Source of the DNA: Octopus bimaculoides
Taxonomy: Eukaryota
DNA: 44,279 nucleotides
Assembly: GCF_001194135.2 (NCBI RefSeq)
Contig: NC_068991.1
Location: 32,296,814 to 32,341,092, forward strand
Reading direction: 5' to 3'
Part shown: in pieces, positions 11,086-22,368 of the stretch
How positions within the stretch are numbered: the first letter of the stretch is position 1
Layout: the number at the start of each line of letters is the position of its first letter
Program-made: the position numbers and the translations under genes
Notes under the pieces: model-generated
What the model was told of the DNA's origin: nothing
Database searches by the model: none
The model's input: the letters and a program-made list of their open reading frames with translations, nothing else

Positions 11086-13132
11086 AATTGGTCAGCAGAA
11101 TTAATGAAAAATTCTGTCCTACAAACAAAAGTAAGTGAACTTGATAGCATCTTATCTGCAGAATTCAATTATGTTTTGAAGTTTTTTCTATAAGTGATAG
11201 TGTTTCTGTGATAGCATATGTAAATTGTTAAACAATTGAATTTCACAAATTCAAAAATCAGGCTGATAATATAAGAAATCTTACCTTTACAATATAGAGG
11301 TGTATGATTTTTAACTATATTTAGCTTCCGAAACGTCCCTTTTAGTGACCAACAATAATCAGCCAACATAGAAGAGTCCCACTTTCCTTGGTACTGAATT
11401 TCCATGTTCAGAATGTTCTGCTGAAACCTCTCACCGTGTTTGTCACTGAAAGCCACAAGATTTGCAGGAAAAAAGTCCAAGTGAAAATTCAAGAAGTGAA
11501 TTTTAGGCTCATATTGCACCCCAAGGTGTTGTATGATGTCAGTAGTTCTTTCACAATGTCAGAATAGTTCTCTGCTCTATGATTCCCCAAAAACTCTCTG
11601 CAAATTTTCTTAAATGACAGCCACGCAGCTTTTTCAATACTGTTGAGCTCTTCATCACACTCGTGGTCTTTCATCAGCTCCCTAATTTGTGGCCCAATAA
11701 GAATACTCTCCTTGATTTTTGCATCATTTACTCTTGAAAATTTAATTTTCAAATACATGAATCCCTTGCCAGTTCTATCCATACTTTTGACGAAATTCTT
11801 CATCAAATCTAGTGTAATATGCAAAGGAGACAACAAAAGTTTGTGTAACCCAGCTGCATTCCAAGTAAAAGTGCCACAACCTTTAGGTTACCACAAATAT
11901 TCCACTTTTGTTCCTCATATTTAATTTTTTGCAGCAGAAGCTTCATGCTCTCATATATTTCTGTTATGTTAGCTGCATGGGCCAGAGGAACAGAAGGAAA
12001 CTTATTTCCATTGTGGTGTAAAACTGCTTTGAAGTTTACTTTTGAGGAGTCAATAAACAAACGCCACTCATTTATGCTATATTTGTGATTAAGTTCCTCC
12101 ATAACAGAATATACATCATTACAAAACATCACACCATCCTCAAATGAGAAAAGAATTTGCAAAATCACAATGCCAAGCATGATAAAAACTAGCTTTGTTC
12201 TCTTTCTGGAGAAGATTCCAGCTCTCTAACCTGGAACCAAAAAGTTCAGCTTTCTCCCTGACTCAATAAATGTGGTTCACTTGAAGAACAATTAGGCTCA
12301 AAGTTCATGTATTCTGTTTCTTTCTCAACATTTTCATCACTTGACTCACTGTCACTAAGTGTCATTTGTTTTGGCGGGTCAGGTACAGGTAAATGTTGAC
12401 TGTGAAGTACTGGTCTCAAAGCAGATTGTAAATTAGGATATTTTACAATATGCTTGGATTTTGATGTTATACCTTGTATATTCATCATGCAGAAGTAGCA
12501 ATCTGAAGTGTGATCTTTGGACTCTCTCTAAATCATAGAGATGGCAAAAGGCATATGGGTTGAACTTTTGGCCCATGCAGTGAAGCCTGACACAGGTTAC
12601 ACAACACACATGAGGGGCCCAGCTTTTATCTTGGTCATTCACTTTGCAATCAAGATAATGCACATAGCACTTTTTAATAAATAGCGTGAAACACCGTCTT
12701 TGTGACTTGAATGTTAAGTCACTGCAAATATAGCAAAAGTTGTTTGCAATGTTTATACAGTTTCTTGGCATTATGAAGGTGAATGGAATATGTGAACTTA
12801 CTACACAACTGCACACCTACACTTCAAGCACAGTACTGACAAAACATCAGTGGCTCATCGACTCAGTATTGCCAACCTTCAGGGACTCATTGACTCACTA
12901 CATTAGTTCTATTCATAAACATTTAAATTGGGAGTATTTCTTAAACCGTTAGCTTCACATTTCAACAGCTTGACTGAAATTTAGCCCACGAAACAGGAAC
13001 TGAGAGGGATATCGTGGAATAGAGAAACTGTGGGTGATACAGATAATTTGACATTATTTTTGAATTTTGAATGCCAAAACATATAAGGTACAGGTATTGT
13101 TTTTTTTTGGACAAATTCTTTGTTGACCAGTG
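11086..13132 (-). mobile_element. Near full-length Chapaev3-like (CMC) DNA transposon, frameshifted
   Basis: FCYIC..GDQDKSWAPHVCC-like N-terminus, WRLFIDSSK, LSPLHITLDLMKNFVK, GPQIR, GCNMSLKIHF, SDKHGERFQQ, MLADYCWSL. The right terminus reads CACTGGTCAAC on the minus strand. A degenerate counterpart (aattggtcagca...) starts at 11086. Confidence 0.75.
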
Positions 13133-14286
13133 TCATTCTTACCGTAGTTTACATATCCGAGCATGAAAACATTACTCAACTTTGGAGTTTTGGAGACAGA
13201 CACCCACTTTTCACACACACACACGCATACACACGAATGCATAAATGTACATATAAACTTATATATGAATACATACATCCACATGCACTTATATAGTAAT
13301 GATGTACACAAATACATCACTAATACATAATACATAAATGTACATAAATACATCAGGTATACATAATGTTGAAATACACATGAAGTAAACATACGCAGAC
13401 AAATATATTAATATAACATATTAAAAAAATAATACAACATACAACAAAACACTATAGAAGTCAATGAAGAGACAAAAGAAACAGTAAGATGATAGATGTT
13501 GATTTTATTAGGTAATTCTGTTTATTTAGAAACCTACAATGAACAGGTCATTTCACAGATGCTATACTATAAATTTCACAGGGTACAACCTAAAGTTGAC
13601 ACCACTAAATGTAGAAAATTTATGTGGCTGTTCGAGTTAAATTTTGACTCTCATTTCTAATAATTGCCAGTGCTATTTTGCATCCACATTATTTATTTTA
13701 CCTTTGTGGTTTTAATTGCTAACGAACCACCTATATCATAATGTATTTAATATATCTTAATATATTATCATAATATCTTATTGTATCTAAGCCTCTCCTT
13801 TCCAGCACAGATCACAATTACCTTCTTATTTCATCTCATTATTCTATCGGTTTCTTTATCTATCTATGTAAACAGTTTCATCTTCCCTGCTGTATGTTTA
13901 GAGAAAATACTTAAGATCCCTTCACTCAATCCAACTTCCCCTCTTTCTCCCTCTCTTCCATGCTCATTTATTTAATTTTGTCACAGTTTGGCTGACCGAA
14001 AACTGTTGGTTATAGCTCTAGTTAAGAGTTCAAATGCAGAATTATCTCATTAATATCGTCAATATCCTCTCACATCAGCAGCCTGAGTTTTTGCTGTTTC
14101 AAGGTGACCAATTCTATCTCATTATCAACCCATTCATTTCAATTATGTTACCCTAAATCCCCCAAAATTCTGTCTCCTCATGCTGTCTTCAATCAGCCTA
14201 ACTCTCGTCTCTCTCTCTGTTTCGGTAACCACTTGTTTCTTCCAACACTTTACCCCACTCCCCCCACCCTATATAAACTAGTTCAT

Positions 14287-14619
14287 NNNNNNNNNNNNNN
14301 NNNNNNNNNNNNNNNNNNNNNNNNNNNNNNNNNNNNNNNNNNNNNNNNNNNNNNNNNNNNNNNNNNNNNNNNNNNNNNNNNNNNNNNNNNNNNNNNNNNN
14401 NNNNNNNNNNNNNNNNNNNNNNNNNNNNNNNNNNNNNNNNNNNNNNNNNNNNNNNNNNNNNNNNNNNNNNNNNNNNNNNNNNNNNNNNNNNNNNNNNNNN
14501 NNNNNNNNNNNNNNNNNNNNNNNNNNNNNNNNNNNNNNNNNNNNNNNNNNNNNNNNNNNNNNNNNNNNNNNNNNNNNNNNNNNNNNNNNNNNNNNNNNNN
14601 NNNNNNNNNNNNNNNNNNN
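14287..14619. other. Assembly gap (N)
   Basis: Run of N. Confidence 1.
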
Positions 14620-15108
14620 TCTCTCCTTCCTCTTTCGATTACCTCTTGCTTTGCCAGGACTATAAACTAACCCCCCCACCCCCACCCAATTCTGCCACTC
14701 GATCTTAGAACCTCTGCCGAATAAATACGAACCCAAAATTATGACCAGATAAGTTTTCTGTCTTTTCAACCTCGCTCATACCCTTCTATTTATGCGCTGA
14801 TTCATAACACCTTACTTAGTGCTTTCACTATCATGTCTGTTTCATTACCATGTCGTCAAATTCATTCAGTTATTCAAGTTTATCACACAGTCACTTATTT
14901 CTAGAATTCTGTCTTAGATTAGCTGACCAAAAACTCTTAGATCTTTCAATTCTATTTTACTATCATCAACATTTGGGTACCATTCAAGAAGAGTGGTCCC
15001 GGTGCACACACTCGCACACTTGCACATCCGCACTAGCTAGTCGTGACAAGTCAATCCTACAACGATTATCTAGCATGAATGCGTGTGTGCGCAAAACATG
15101 TATGAGGG

Positions 15109-15599
15109 TTTTTTTAAAACAAAGTAAATAATTTTTTTTAAACAAAGTAAATAATTTTATTTTGTTGAATCTTCCCCATCTTACTCTTAAAACGTCATTT
15201 TACATTCTTCCAGGGTATATTTTGGCATCACATCTATTTGAGTAATCCCGTTGTATGCACTCCAACAATCAGAATATATAGTCGTCCCTGGCTTGATAAA
15301 TTTTTTAATAAGTGGTAGAAGAGTTTCAGAAGCACGGTCAGGTGCAAAGACTAAAAACCTATTTTTATCCTCTCTATCCCATCCTCCATTGTATTTGAGC
15401 TTGCACATCATAGATTCATCTATTTCTACGATGTGCCCAAGTCCACCAATCTGGTAGGGGTTACGCAAAAGATAATTACTTGTAATGTCCCTCATGTACT
15501 GATACCATTGAACAACAGTAGATTTTGAAAGACTGACTTTTAATGGACTCTTTACCAAAAACAGGTAGTGTATAATTTATTTACTTTGTTTTAAAAAAA
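15109..15599 (-). mobile_element. Internally deleted Merlin (IS1016/ISXO2-like) transposon derivative
   Basis: ORF 15187-15558: IGGLGHIVEIDES...DRASETLLPLIKKFIKPGTTIYSDCWSAY. It is flanked by a perfect 23-bp inverted repeat (15109-15131 / 15577-15599). Confidence 0.8.
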
Positions 15600-15639
15600 T
15601 TATTTTAATATAATTATTTTAATATAATTAAAAAATGTT

Positions 15640-16560
15640 TCCCCACAGATCACAAATATCACCACATATTCAATAGATCATGTATTAAAATTTCTTTTTC
15701 CACAACACCAAACATAGGATCTATTATTGCCAGTTCAAACAGACGAAAGATTAATACATATAAAAAACCCCACCATAATTACAATAATGTTAATAATAAT
15801 AATAATAATAATAATAATGATATCACAAATAGAAGTGCAAGTAAATATAGGGATATAAACACACAAACCCCTAATAGTAATATTAGTATAATAGGACTAC
15901 AAAAACATAATAAATACCATACAACTGAAAAATGACAAAATGCATCAATAAACTCAACAATACAACCCAATATAAATAAAAACAATAAATAACAAGCAAC
16001 AAACATATAATTCCAATAAAATAGACACCACAACAAATTCAATAAGCAATACTTTATACACCACAAATAATAATAATGATAATAATAACTACTCACCACA
16101 ACAGAAATATAAAAACAATAAAAATTGCTCATGTAAAAATAAAAAAATATGTCCTTTACAAGGCAATTGTAAAAGACTTAATATAGTATATAAATGTAGT
16201 CACAGTAATTAATAATTCACATAAAATGGTATACATAGGGAGTTCTATTAATTTTAAACAAAGATATTTGGTGCATATACATTCTTTTAAACCAAATATA
16301 AATAATAATGCAACTTCATTAGCCACATATATACAGAAACTCAATAAAAACAAAATTAATTATAAATTGGACTGGTCAATAATAGATTCTGCCATACCAT
16401 ATACACATAAATCAAATAATTGCCGTTTATGCACATTAGAATCACTGCATATATTACTATATAAACTTGATAATTTAATAAAATAGCAAGTTAGACGCGA
16501 TATCATCATGTAAACATAGGTACTACAAAACCTTTAAATATTATAATAGATCCAAAAACA
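15640..16560 (+). pseudogene. Penelope-like element 3' part: linker, Cys-rich motif and GIY-YIG endonuclease
   Basis: HIFNRSCIKISFSTTPNIGSIIAS, an Asn-rich linker, NCSCKNKKICPLQGNCKRLNIVYKC, then VYIGSSINFKQRYLVHIHSF...DWSII...CRLCTLE. Confidence 0.85.
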
Positions 16561-16630
16561 AGGTAGAATAGAAAAAACACATGTGCATATTTGTATAAGC
16601 ATTTGTATCAATATGTATAAAAAGTATGTA

Positions 16631-16943
16631 TCTATATATATAAAAATGAGAATGTGTGTCTGTCTGTCTGTCTGTGTGAATCCCTAAAACTCGAGAACTA
16701 CACAACCAATTTCATTCAAATTTTACACATGCCTTACTTAGGGTTTCAGTTGTGTTTTAGTCAAAAAAAGTTTTTAACTTCTTGCAGAGTTCGAGCCCAA
16801 GGCAACATAATATCTCCTCCACTATTTAAGTATTACATGTCAAAAGTGAAACAAAAACACTCCTGTCAAATACTTTCACTTTAAAAATGAAACTATTCTA
16901 CTAACTGAAACAATCACATTTCGATACTGTAATGACAGATACT
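16631..16943 (+). mobile_element. Non-autonomous Helitron 5' part (runs into gap)
   Basis: Starts A^TCTATATATATAAAA, followed by a (GTCT)n tract and ...caaccaatttcattcaaattttacac, typical of non-autonomous Helitrons. Confidence 0.6.
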
Positions 16944-17927
16944 NNNNNNNNNNNNNNNNNNNNNNNNNNNNNNNNNNNNNNNNNNNNNNNNNNNNNNNNN
17001 NNNNNNNNNNNNNNNNNNNNNNNNNNNNNNNNNNNNNNNNNNNNNNNNNNNNNNNNNNNNNNNNNNNNNNNNNNNNNNNNNNNNNNNNNNNNNNNNNNNN
17101 NNNNNNNNNNNNNNNNNNNNNNNNNNNNNNNNNNNNNNNNNNNNNNNNNNNNNNNNNNNNNNNNNNNNNNNNNNNNNNNNNNNNNNNNNNNNNNNNNNNN
17201 NNNNNNNNNNNNNNNNNNNNNNNNNNNNNNNNNNNNNNNNNNNNNNNNNNNNNNNNNNNNNNNNNNNNNNNNNNNNNNNNNNNNNNNNNNNNNNNNNNNN
17301 NNNNNNNNNNNNNNNNNNNNNNNNNNNNNNNNNNNNNNNNNNNNNNNNNNNNNNNNNNNNNNNNNNNNNNNNNNNNNNNNNNNNNNNNNNNNNNNNNNNN
17401 NNNNNNNNNNNNNNNNNNNNNNNNNNNNNNNNNNNNNNNNNNNNNNNNNNNNNNNNNNNNNNNNNNNNNNNNNNNNNNNNNNNNNNNNNNNNNNNNNNNN
17501 NNNNNNNNNNNNNNNNNNNNNNNNNNNNNNNNNNNNNNNNNNNNNNNNNNNNNNNNNNNNNNNNNNNNNNNNNNNNNNNNNNNNNNNNNNNNNNNNNNNN
17601 NNNNNNNNNNNNNNNNNNNNNNNNNNNNNNNNNNNNNNNNNNNNNNNNNNNNNNNNNNNNNNNNNNNNNNNNNNNNNNNNNNNNNNNNNNNNNNNNNNNN
17701 NNNNNNNNNNNNNNNNNNNNNNNNNNNNNNNNNNNNNNNNNNNNNNNNNNNNNNNNNNNNNNNNNNNNNNNNNNNNNNNNNNNNNNNNNNNNNNNNNNNN
17801 NNNNNNNNNNNNNNNNNNNNNNNNNNNNNNNNNNNNNNNNNNNNNNNNNNNNNNNNNNNNNNNNNNNNNNNNNNNNNNNNNNNNNNNNNNNNNNNNNNNN
17901 NNNNNNNNNNNNNNNNNNNNNNNNNNN
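16944..17927. other. Assembly gap (N)
   Basis: Run of N. Confidence 1.
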
Positions 17928-17972
<45 letters not shown>

Positions 17973-18099
17973 TATATAAAAGTATGTATATAGATATATA
18001 TGCATGTGTATATGTGTGTACATGTGTGTATACGCGTGTATTCGTATATATATATGTATATATGCAGATGTTAGATATATATACGAGTTAAATCTAGAC

Positions 18100-18740
18100 A
18101 CTTAATAATTGAACTCAAATAATAGTAATCTACAATACTTTCATAAATATATTAAATTAAAATTAAAAATAAATGTTTAATCTAAATACTTAAGAATTTG
18201 AACCTAGATTCTATTATATTACTTTATAAGTAATAAAAATATTCATATTAAATTAAAATTGAATTTGAAATGGAATCTTCTGACAAAAATAAAAAAACTT
18301 CTATATATAATTATTTCAATTCTAACCAAATTTTTAATAATAAAATATATGCAGTGGATGGAACTTTTAAATATTGATGTGATTCTCATAGGATTACCAA
18401 TATATCCAACAACAAGATGAACTTTACTATAATTATATACTGGAATTCTCAAATATTCTGAAAAATATATCAACTTTTTAAAAAAACTATATATAATTTA
18501 AAATTTCTACAAATGAAAAATATGAATTTTCCAAATTATAGGAGGGATTACATTTACAAATTCTCAAAGGACAGTATACATTTTAATATTTTTGATATTT
18601 TTAATATTCTTAATATTTTTTAATATTTTAATTAATATCATCTTATTATATATATCATTCGTTTTTCACACATATATAATAACTCTATACATCTCTGAAG
18701 AGCGAGGCAATAATATCCATGAAACGATTGTAAGATGCAT
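18100..18740 (+). pseudogene. Strongly decayed Penelope-like RT C-terminal remnant and tail
   Basis: KIEFEMESSDK-like and HRITNIS-like motifs, AT-rich, ending in an HHR motif. Confidence 0.4.
18690..18737 (+). ncRNA. Minimal type-I hammerhead ribozyme motif, stem II eroded
   Basis: CAUCU-CUGAAGA-GCGAGGCAAUAAUAUCCAU-GAAA-C-GAUU-G-UA-AGAUG. It has a 5-bp stem I, an intact core and a GUA triplet. Confidence 0.6.
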
Positions 18741-18824
18741 TTTAAACTTTAGACTTTCATATTTATACTCTATTACGCATACATTTTTATATACATTTAT
18801 GTACGCATGTATTTTTATATACAC

Positions 18825-19207
18825 TTTTACTTGTTTCAGTCATTTGACTGTGGCCATGCTGGAGCACCACCTTTAGTCGAGAAAATCGACCCCAGGACTT
18901 ATTCTTTGTAAGCCTAGTACTTATTCTATCGGTTCTCTTTTTGCCGAACCGCTAAGTTACGGGGATGTAAACACACCAGCACCGGTTATCAAGCGATGGT
19001 GGGGGCAAACACAGACGCACAAACATATATAAATATATATACATATATACGACGGGCTTCTTTCAGTTTCCGTCTACCAAATCCACTCACAAGGCTTTGG
19101 TCAGCCCGAGGCTATAGTAGAAGACACTTGCCCAAGGTGCCACGCAGTGGGACTGAACCCGGAACCATGTGGTTGGTAAGCAAGCTACTTACCACACAGC
19201 CACTCCT
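18825..19207 (-). mobile_element. Full-length tRNA-derived SINE (cephalopod-type)
   Basis: Minus strand head AGGAGTGGCTGTGTGG (A box)...GGTTCAGTCCC (B box), central GGCACCTTGGGCAAGTGTCTT, an internal (AT/AC) tract and the conserved tail. Confidence 0.85.
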
Positions 19208-19448
19208 ATTTATATTTTTTATATATATTTATATTTTGTATATCTTTAATTTTGATTTAATTATAATTCAAAATATTATTGTGTCATATTAAACGTATAT
19301 CTTTCGGAAATTTGAATATTGATTTCCTGTGAATATTATCAATAATTTTATTAATAATATAAAAACATATATGACATTATATATAAACTATTTTGTATAC
19401 TTATGTGCACCCCCCATATATATGAGTGTGTGTGTGTGTGTGTATACA

Positions 19449-19504
<56 letters not shown>

Positions 19505-19603
19505 TACAGAGTGTGGTGAACAAACTATTGTCTAAATTACACAAAAAGGAAAATAACACTGACATCTCNNNNNNNNNNATATATATATATATACACACAC
19601 ATA

Positions 19604-20450
19604 CAGAGTGTGGTGAACAAACTATTGTCTAAATTACACAAAAAGGAAAATAACACTGACATCTCATTTTGAACGGATATATTTACATAAAATTATCTTG
19701 AAATACTAAAGAGTAAATTTATTCAATGAAATCGCCATTGGCTTCAACCATGGCTTCCAGACGACTTCAGAATCCCCTGCAACTCTTCTAGATGGTCTCC
19801 TTGTTTAAGTTGGTGAATGCTGCCATAATCCTTGCCTTCAGTTCATCTTTGATGTTACAAGGAATTTTGTTGGTGTCTCACTTAATTGTGCCCCACACAT
19901 AATAATTGATGGGTGTTGCACTCTGGGGAGTTAGGTGGCCAGATGTTAGGGGTGATGTGGTTGCAGAAATTGTCTGACAACCATGACTGAGTTCTCCTGC
20001 TTTTGTGGTATGGTGTAGAGTCCTGTTGCCAGACATAGGGTCTTCCAGCAGCCACTCTCTTGACCCAGGGCAACACTACCTCCTCCAGACACTTGACATA
20101 AGCCTGAAGTCATGTGGGAAGATGAATGGAGGCATGATGTCGCCATCACTAGTAATCACCCCAGATACCATAATGTTGACTGGATGTTTGATTTTTATCA
20201 CTCTCAGTACATGTCCTCAGATGGACACCCAAATACTCTGAAATGTTTGTATTGGAGCTTCCAGCATGAATGCCAAGCAGTACAGCATTATTGCTCCGAA
20301 ATTTCTGGCACAGTGAATTGCATCATAGTTGTGTTTTTCTCACTGACGGTGCCCAGCTGACCCTACTATACTGTGTAGTCAACAAAATCAAAAATAAACA
20401 ATGAGCATGCACAAAATTAAAAGTATAAAATGGCAACAATTTACTTATTG
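19604..20450 (-). mobile_element. Tc1/mariner maT (DD37D-like) transposon remnant, internally deleted, one end in gap
   Basis: RPYVWQQDSTPYHKSRRTQSWLSDNF...WPPNSPECN, with terminus TA^CAGAGTGTGGTGAACAAA. Confidence 0.7.
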
Positions 20451-21176
20451 NNNNNNNNNNNNNNNNNNNNNNNNNNNNNNNNNNNNNNNNNNNNNNNNNN
20501 NNNNNNNNNNNNNNNNNNNNNNNNNNNNNNNNNNNNNNNNNNNNNNNNNNNNNNNNNNNNNNNNNNNNNNNNNNNNNNNNNNNNNNNNNNNNNNNNNNNN
20601 NNNNNNNNNNNNNNNNNNNNNNNNNNNNNNNNNNNNNNNNNNNNNNNNNNNNNNNNNNNNNNNNNNNNNNNNNNNNNNNNNNNNNNNNNNNNNNNNNNNN
20701 NNNNNNNNNNNNNNNNNNNNNNNNNNNNNNNNNNNNNNNNNNNNNNNNNNNNNNNNNNNNNNNNNNNNNNNNNNNNNNNNNNNNNNNNNNNNNNNNNNNN
20801 NNNNNNNNNNNNNNNNNNNNNNNNNNNNNNNNNNNNNNNNNNNNNNNNNNNNNNNNNNNNNNNNNNNNNNNNNNNNNNNNNNNNNNNNNNNNNNNNNNNN
20901 NNNNNNNNNNNNNNNNNNNNNNNNNNNNNNNNNNNNNNNNNNNNNNNNNNNNNNNNNNNNNNNNNNNNNNNNNNNNNNNNNNNNNNNNNNNNNNNNNNNN
21001 NNNNNNNNNNNNNNNNNNNNNNNNNNNNNNNNNNNNNNNNNNNNNNNNNNNNNNNNNNNNNNNNNNNNNNNNNNNNNNNNNNNNNNNNNNNNNNNNNNNN
21101 NNNNNNNNNNNNNNNNNNNNNNNNNNNNNNNNNNNNNNNNNNNNNNNNNNNNNNNNNNNNNNNNNNNNNNNNNNNN
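20451..21176. other. Assembly gap (N)
   Basis: Run of N. A 10-N gap is also present at 19569-19578. Confidence 1.
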
Positions 21177-21214
21177 CTATGTTCCATGCTGGCATGGATT
21201 GGAGAGTTATTAAT

Positions 21215-21324
21215 GTAGAAATATGGTATCGTAGCTACTAACAGTTGAGGGTTGCGTAGTCTAGACGGCGTTTTTAGATTTCATTATTCTCTTTAACCCG
21301 GGCAAAGCCGGGTATTTCTGCTAG
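21215..21324 (+). mobile_element. Helitron 3' terminus
   Basis: GC hairpin CCCGG-GCAAAG-CCGGG (21297-21312), then CTAG (21321-21324), then T. The 5' boundary is uncertain. Confidence 0.75.
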
Positions 21325-21362
<38 letters not shown>

Positions 21363-21834
21363 CATGTATATATATATACATGTATATATATATATATATA
21401 TAACTCTTTACTCTTACTCTATTTCTTCCCACCTCTTCTCTTACTCTCTCTTTCCACCCTCGCTTACTTCCCTTGTACCTTTCTCTTCTCTCTCTTATAC
21501 CGTAGTTTAATAACAGCACTGGCACCTCCAAGACTGAGTGGTCTCAATGATAATGGTGCGAAACCACGATGATATTTTGGTCATTGACTGACGAGGAAAA
21601 ATTAGCTGCAGATATTCTGTGTACTGTGTCTTTGTCTATATTCCCCATCTATTAAGTTTTCGTCTTGCTTCCTGTTTGCTCTGCTTTCATCTAACTTTTT
21701 CTCCTTGTTGTGTTCTGTCTGTTCAATCCTTGATATATATATATATATAAATATATACTTTAAAATAAGAAAATGAAGGAAATGGAAAAAATTTACATAC
21801 TGCTGTTTTTATCTAAAGACATTCAAATTATACA

Positions 21835-21941
21835 TAGAAATTCTTACCTACAGCTGTTTCCATACACAATTGTTTAATTTCAGAAATAAAATTCCATATA
21901 CGAAACAAGTGAATTGTGTATATCTTCAGGGAGAATTTCTA
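21835..21941 (-). ncRNA. Type-I hammerhead ribozyme motif with long stems
   Basis: UAGAAAUUCU-CC-CUGAAGA-UAUACACAAUU-(40 nt)-AAUUGUGUAUG-GAAA-C-AGCU-G-UA-GG-UA-AGAAUUUCUA. Predicted cleavage lies between plus-strand coordinates 21849 and 21848. Confidence 0.75.
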
Positions 21942-22108
21942 AAGGAAATTTAACATGTAGTCTTACCTACAACAAACTCAGAAGTGTTTTTGTTTTTTCT
22001 TAATGCAAGCATTCTGTAGAAACCACCATTGCCATGTATATACAAAAACAAACACATTCTACACATCCTTACACATGTCAATATGATACACAATATTATT
22101 AAATATTA

Positions 22109-22220
22109 TTGGTCTGCCTGAGGCTGTAGTAGAAGACACTTGCCAAAAGTGCCATGCAGTGGAACTGAACCTGGAACCATGTGGTTGGGAAGCAAGCTTC
22201 TTACCACACAGCCATGCCTG
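22109..22220 (-). mobile_element. SINE 5' head fragment (same family as 18825-19207)
   Basis: gaggctgtagtagaagacacttgcc...gaaccatgtggttggga...ttaccacacagcca. Confidence 0.75.
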
Positions 22221-22323
22221 TACAGATATTTTTTCTATATTAGCTTCATCTCAAGAGCTGTGGCTATGCTGGGGTACCACCATTAGCTTTGCTACACTTT
22301 CACTCTTTGAAGCTTCCTCTGAT

Positions 22324-22368
22324 ATGCCATTGCTGTGTTTACTTGCGAAGTAAACACAGCAATGTCAT
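22324..22368. repeat. Near-perfect hairpin/palindrome
   Basis: CATTGCTGTGTTTACTT-GCG-AAGTAAACACAGCAATG is a perfect 17-bp stem (22328-22364), extendable by 3 bp after one mismatch. Confidence 0.9.

Noticed and set aside
11643-11924. Plus-strand ORFs overlapping transposases and LINEs (also 7937-8458, 27314-27691, 29673-30051)
   Set aside because: These are antisense or shadow frames of recognised TE coding sequence.
13054-13392. ORFs rich in YI/CV/HT/SL repeats here and at 19329-19632, 24464-24801, 25873-26321 and 42062-42669
   Set aside because: They are translations of (AT)n, (CA)n and (GA)n microsatellites.
19150-19207. tRNA-like A/B boxes as tRNA genes (also 3535-3620 and 22150-22220)
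   Set aside because: They are SINE heads continuing into conserved SINE bodies, with no complete cloverleaf.
19479-19670. Exact duplication of the maT terminus (19507 and 19604) plus flanking microsatellite
   Set aside because: The copies are identical and separated by a 10-N gap. This is most likely an unmerged contig overlap, not biology.
14104-21218. Long ORFs in the track (188-395 aa)
   Set aside because: They consist of X residues spanning N gaps.
16631-21324. Pairing the Helitron 5' end at 16631 with the 3' end at 21324 as one 4.7-kb cargo-carrying Helitron
   Set aside because: Two gaps intervene and either end may have its partner inside a gap, so the pairing is unsupported.
21555-21600. 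GAAAC...GUC...CUGACGAG arrangement resembling a type-II hammerhead
   Set aside because: Stems I and II do not form. At best it is a scrambled remnant.
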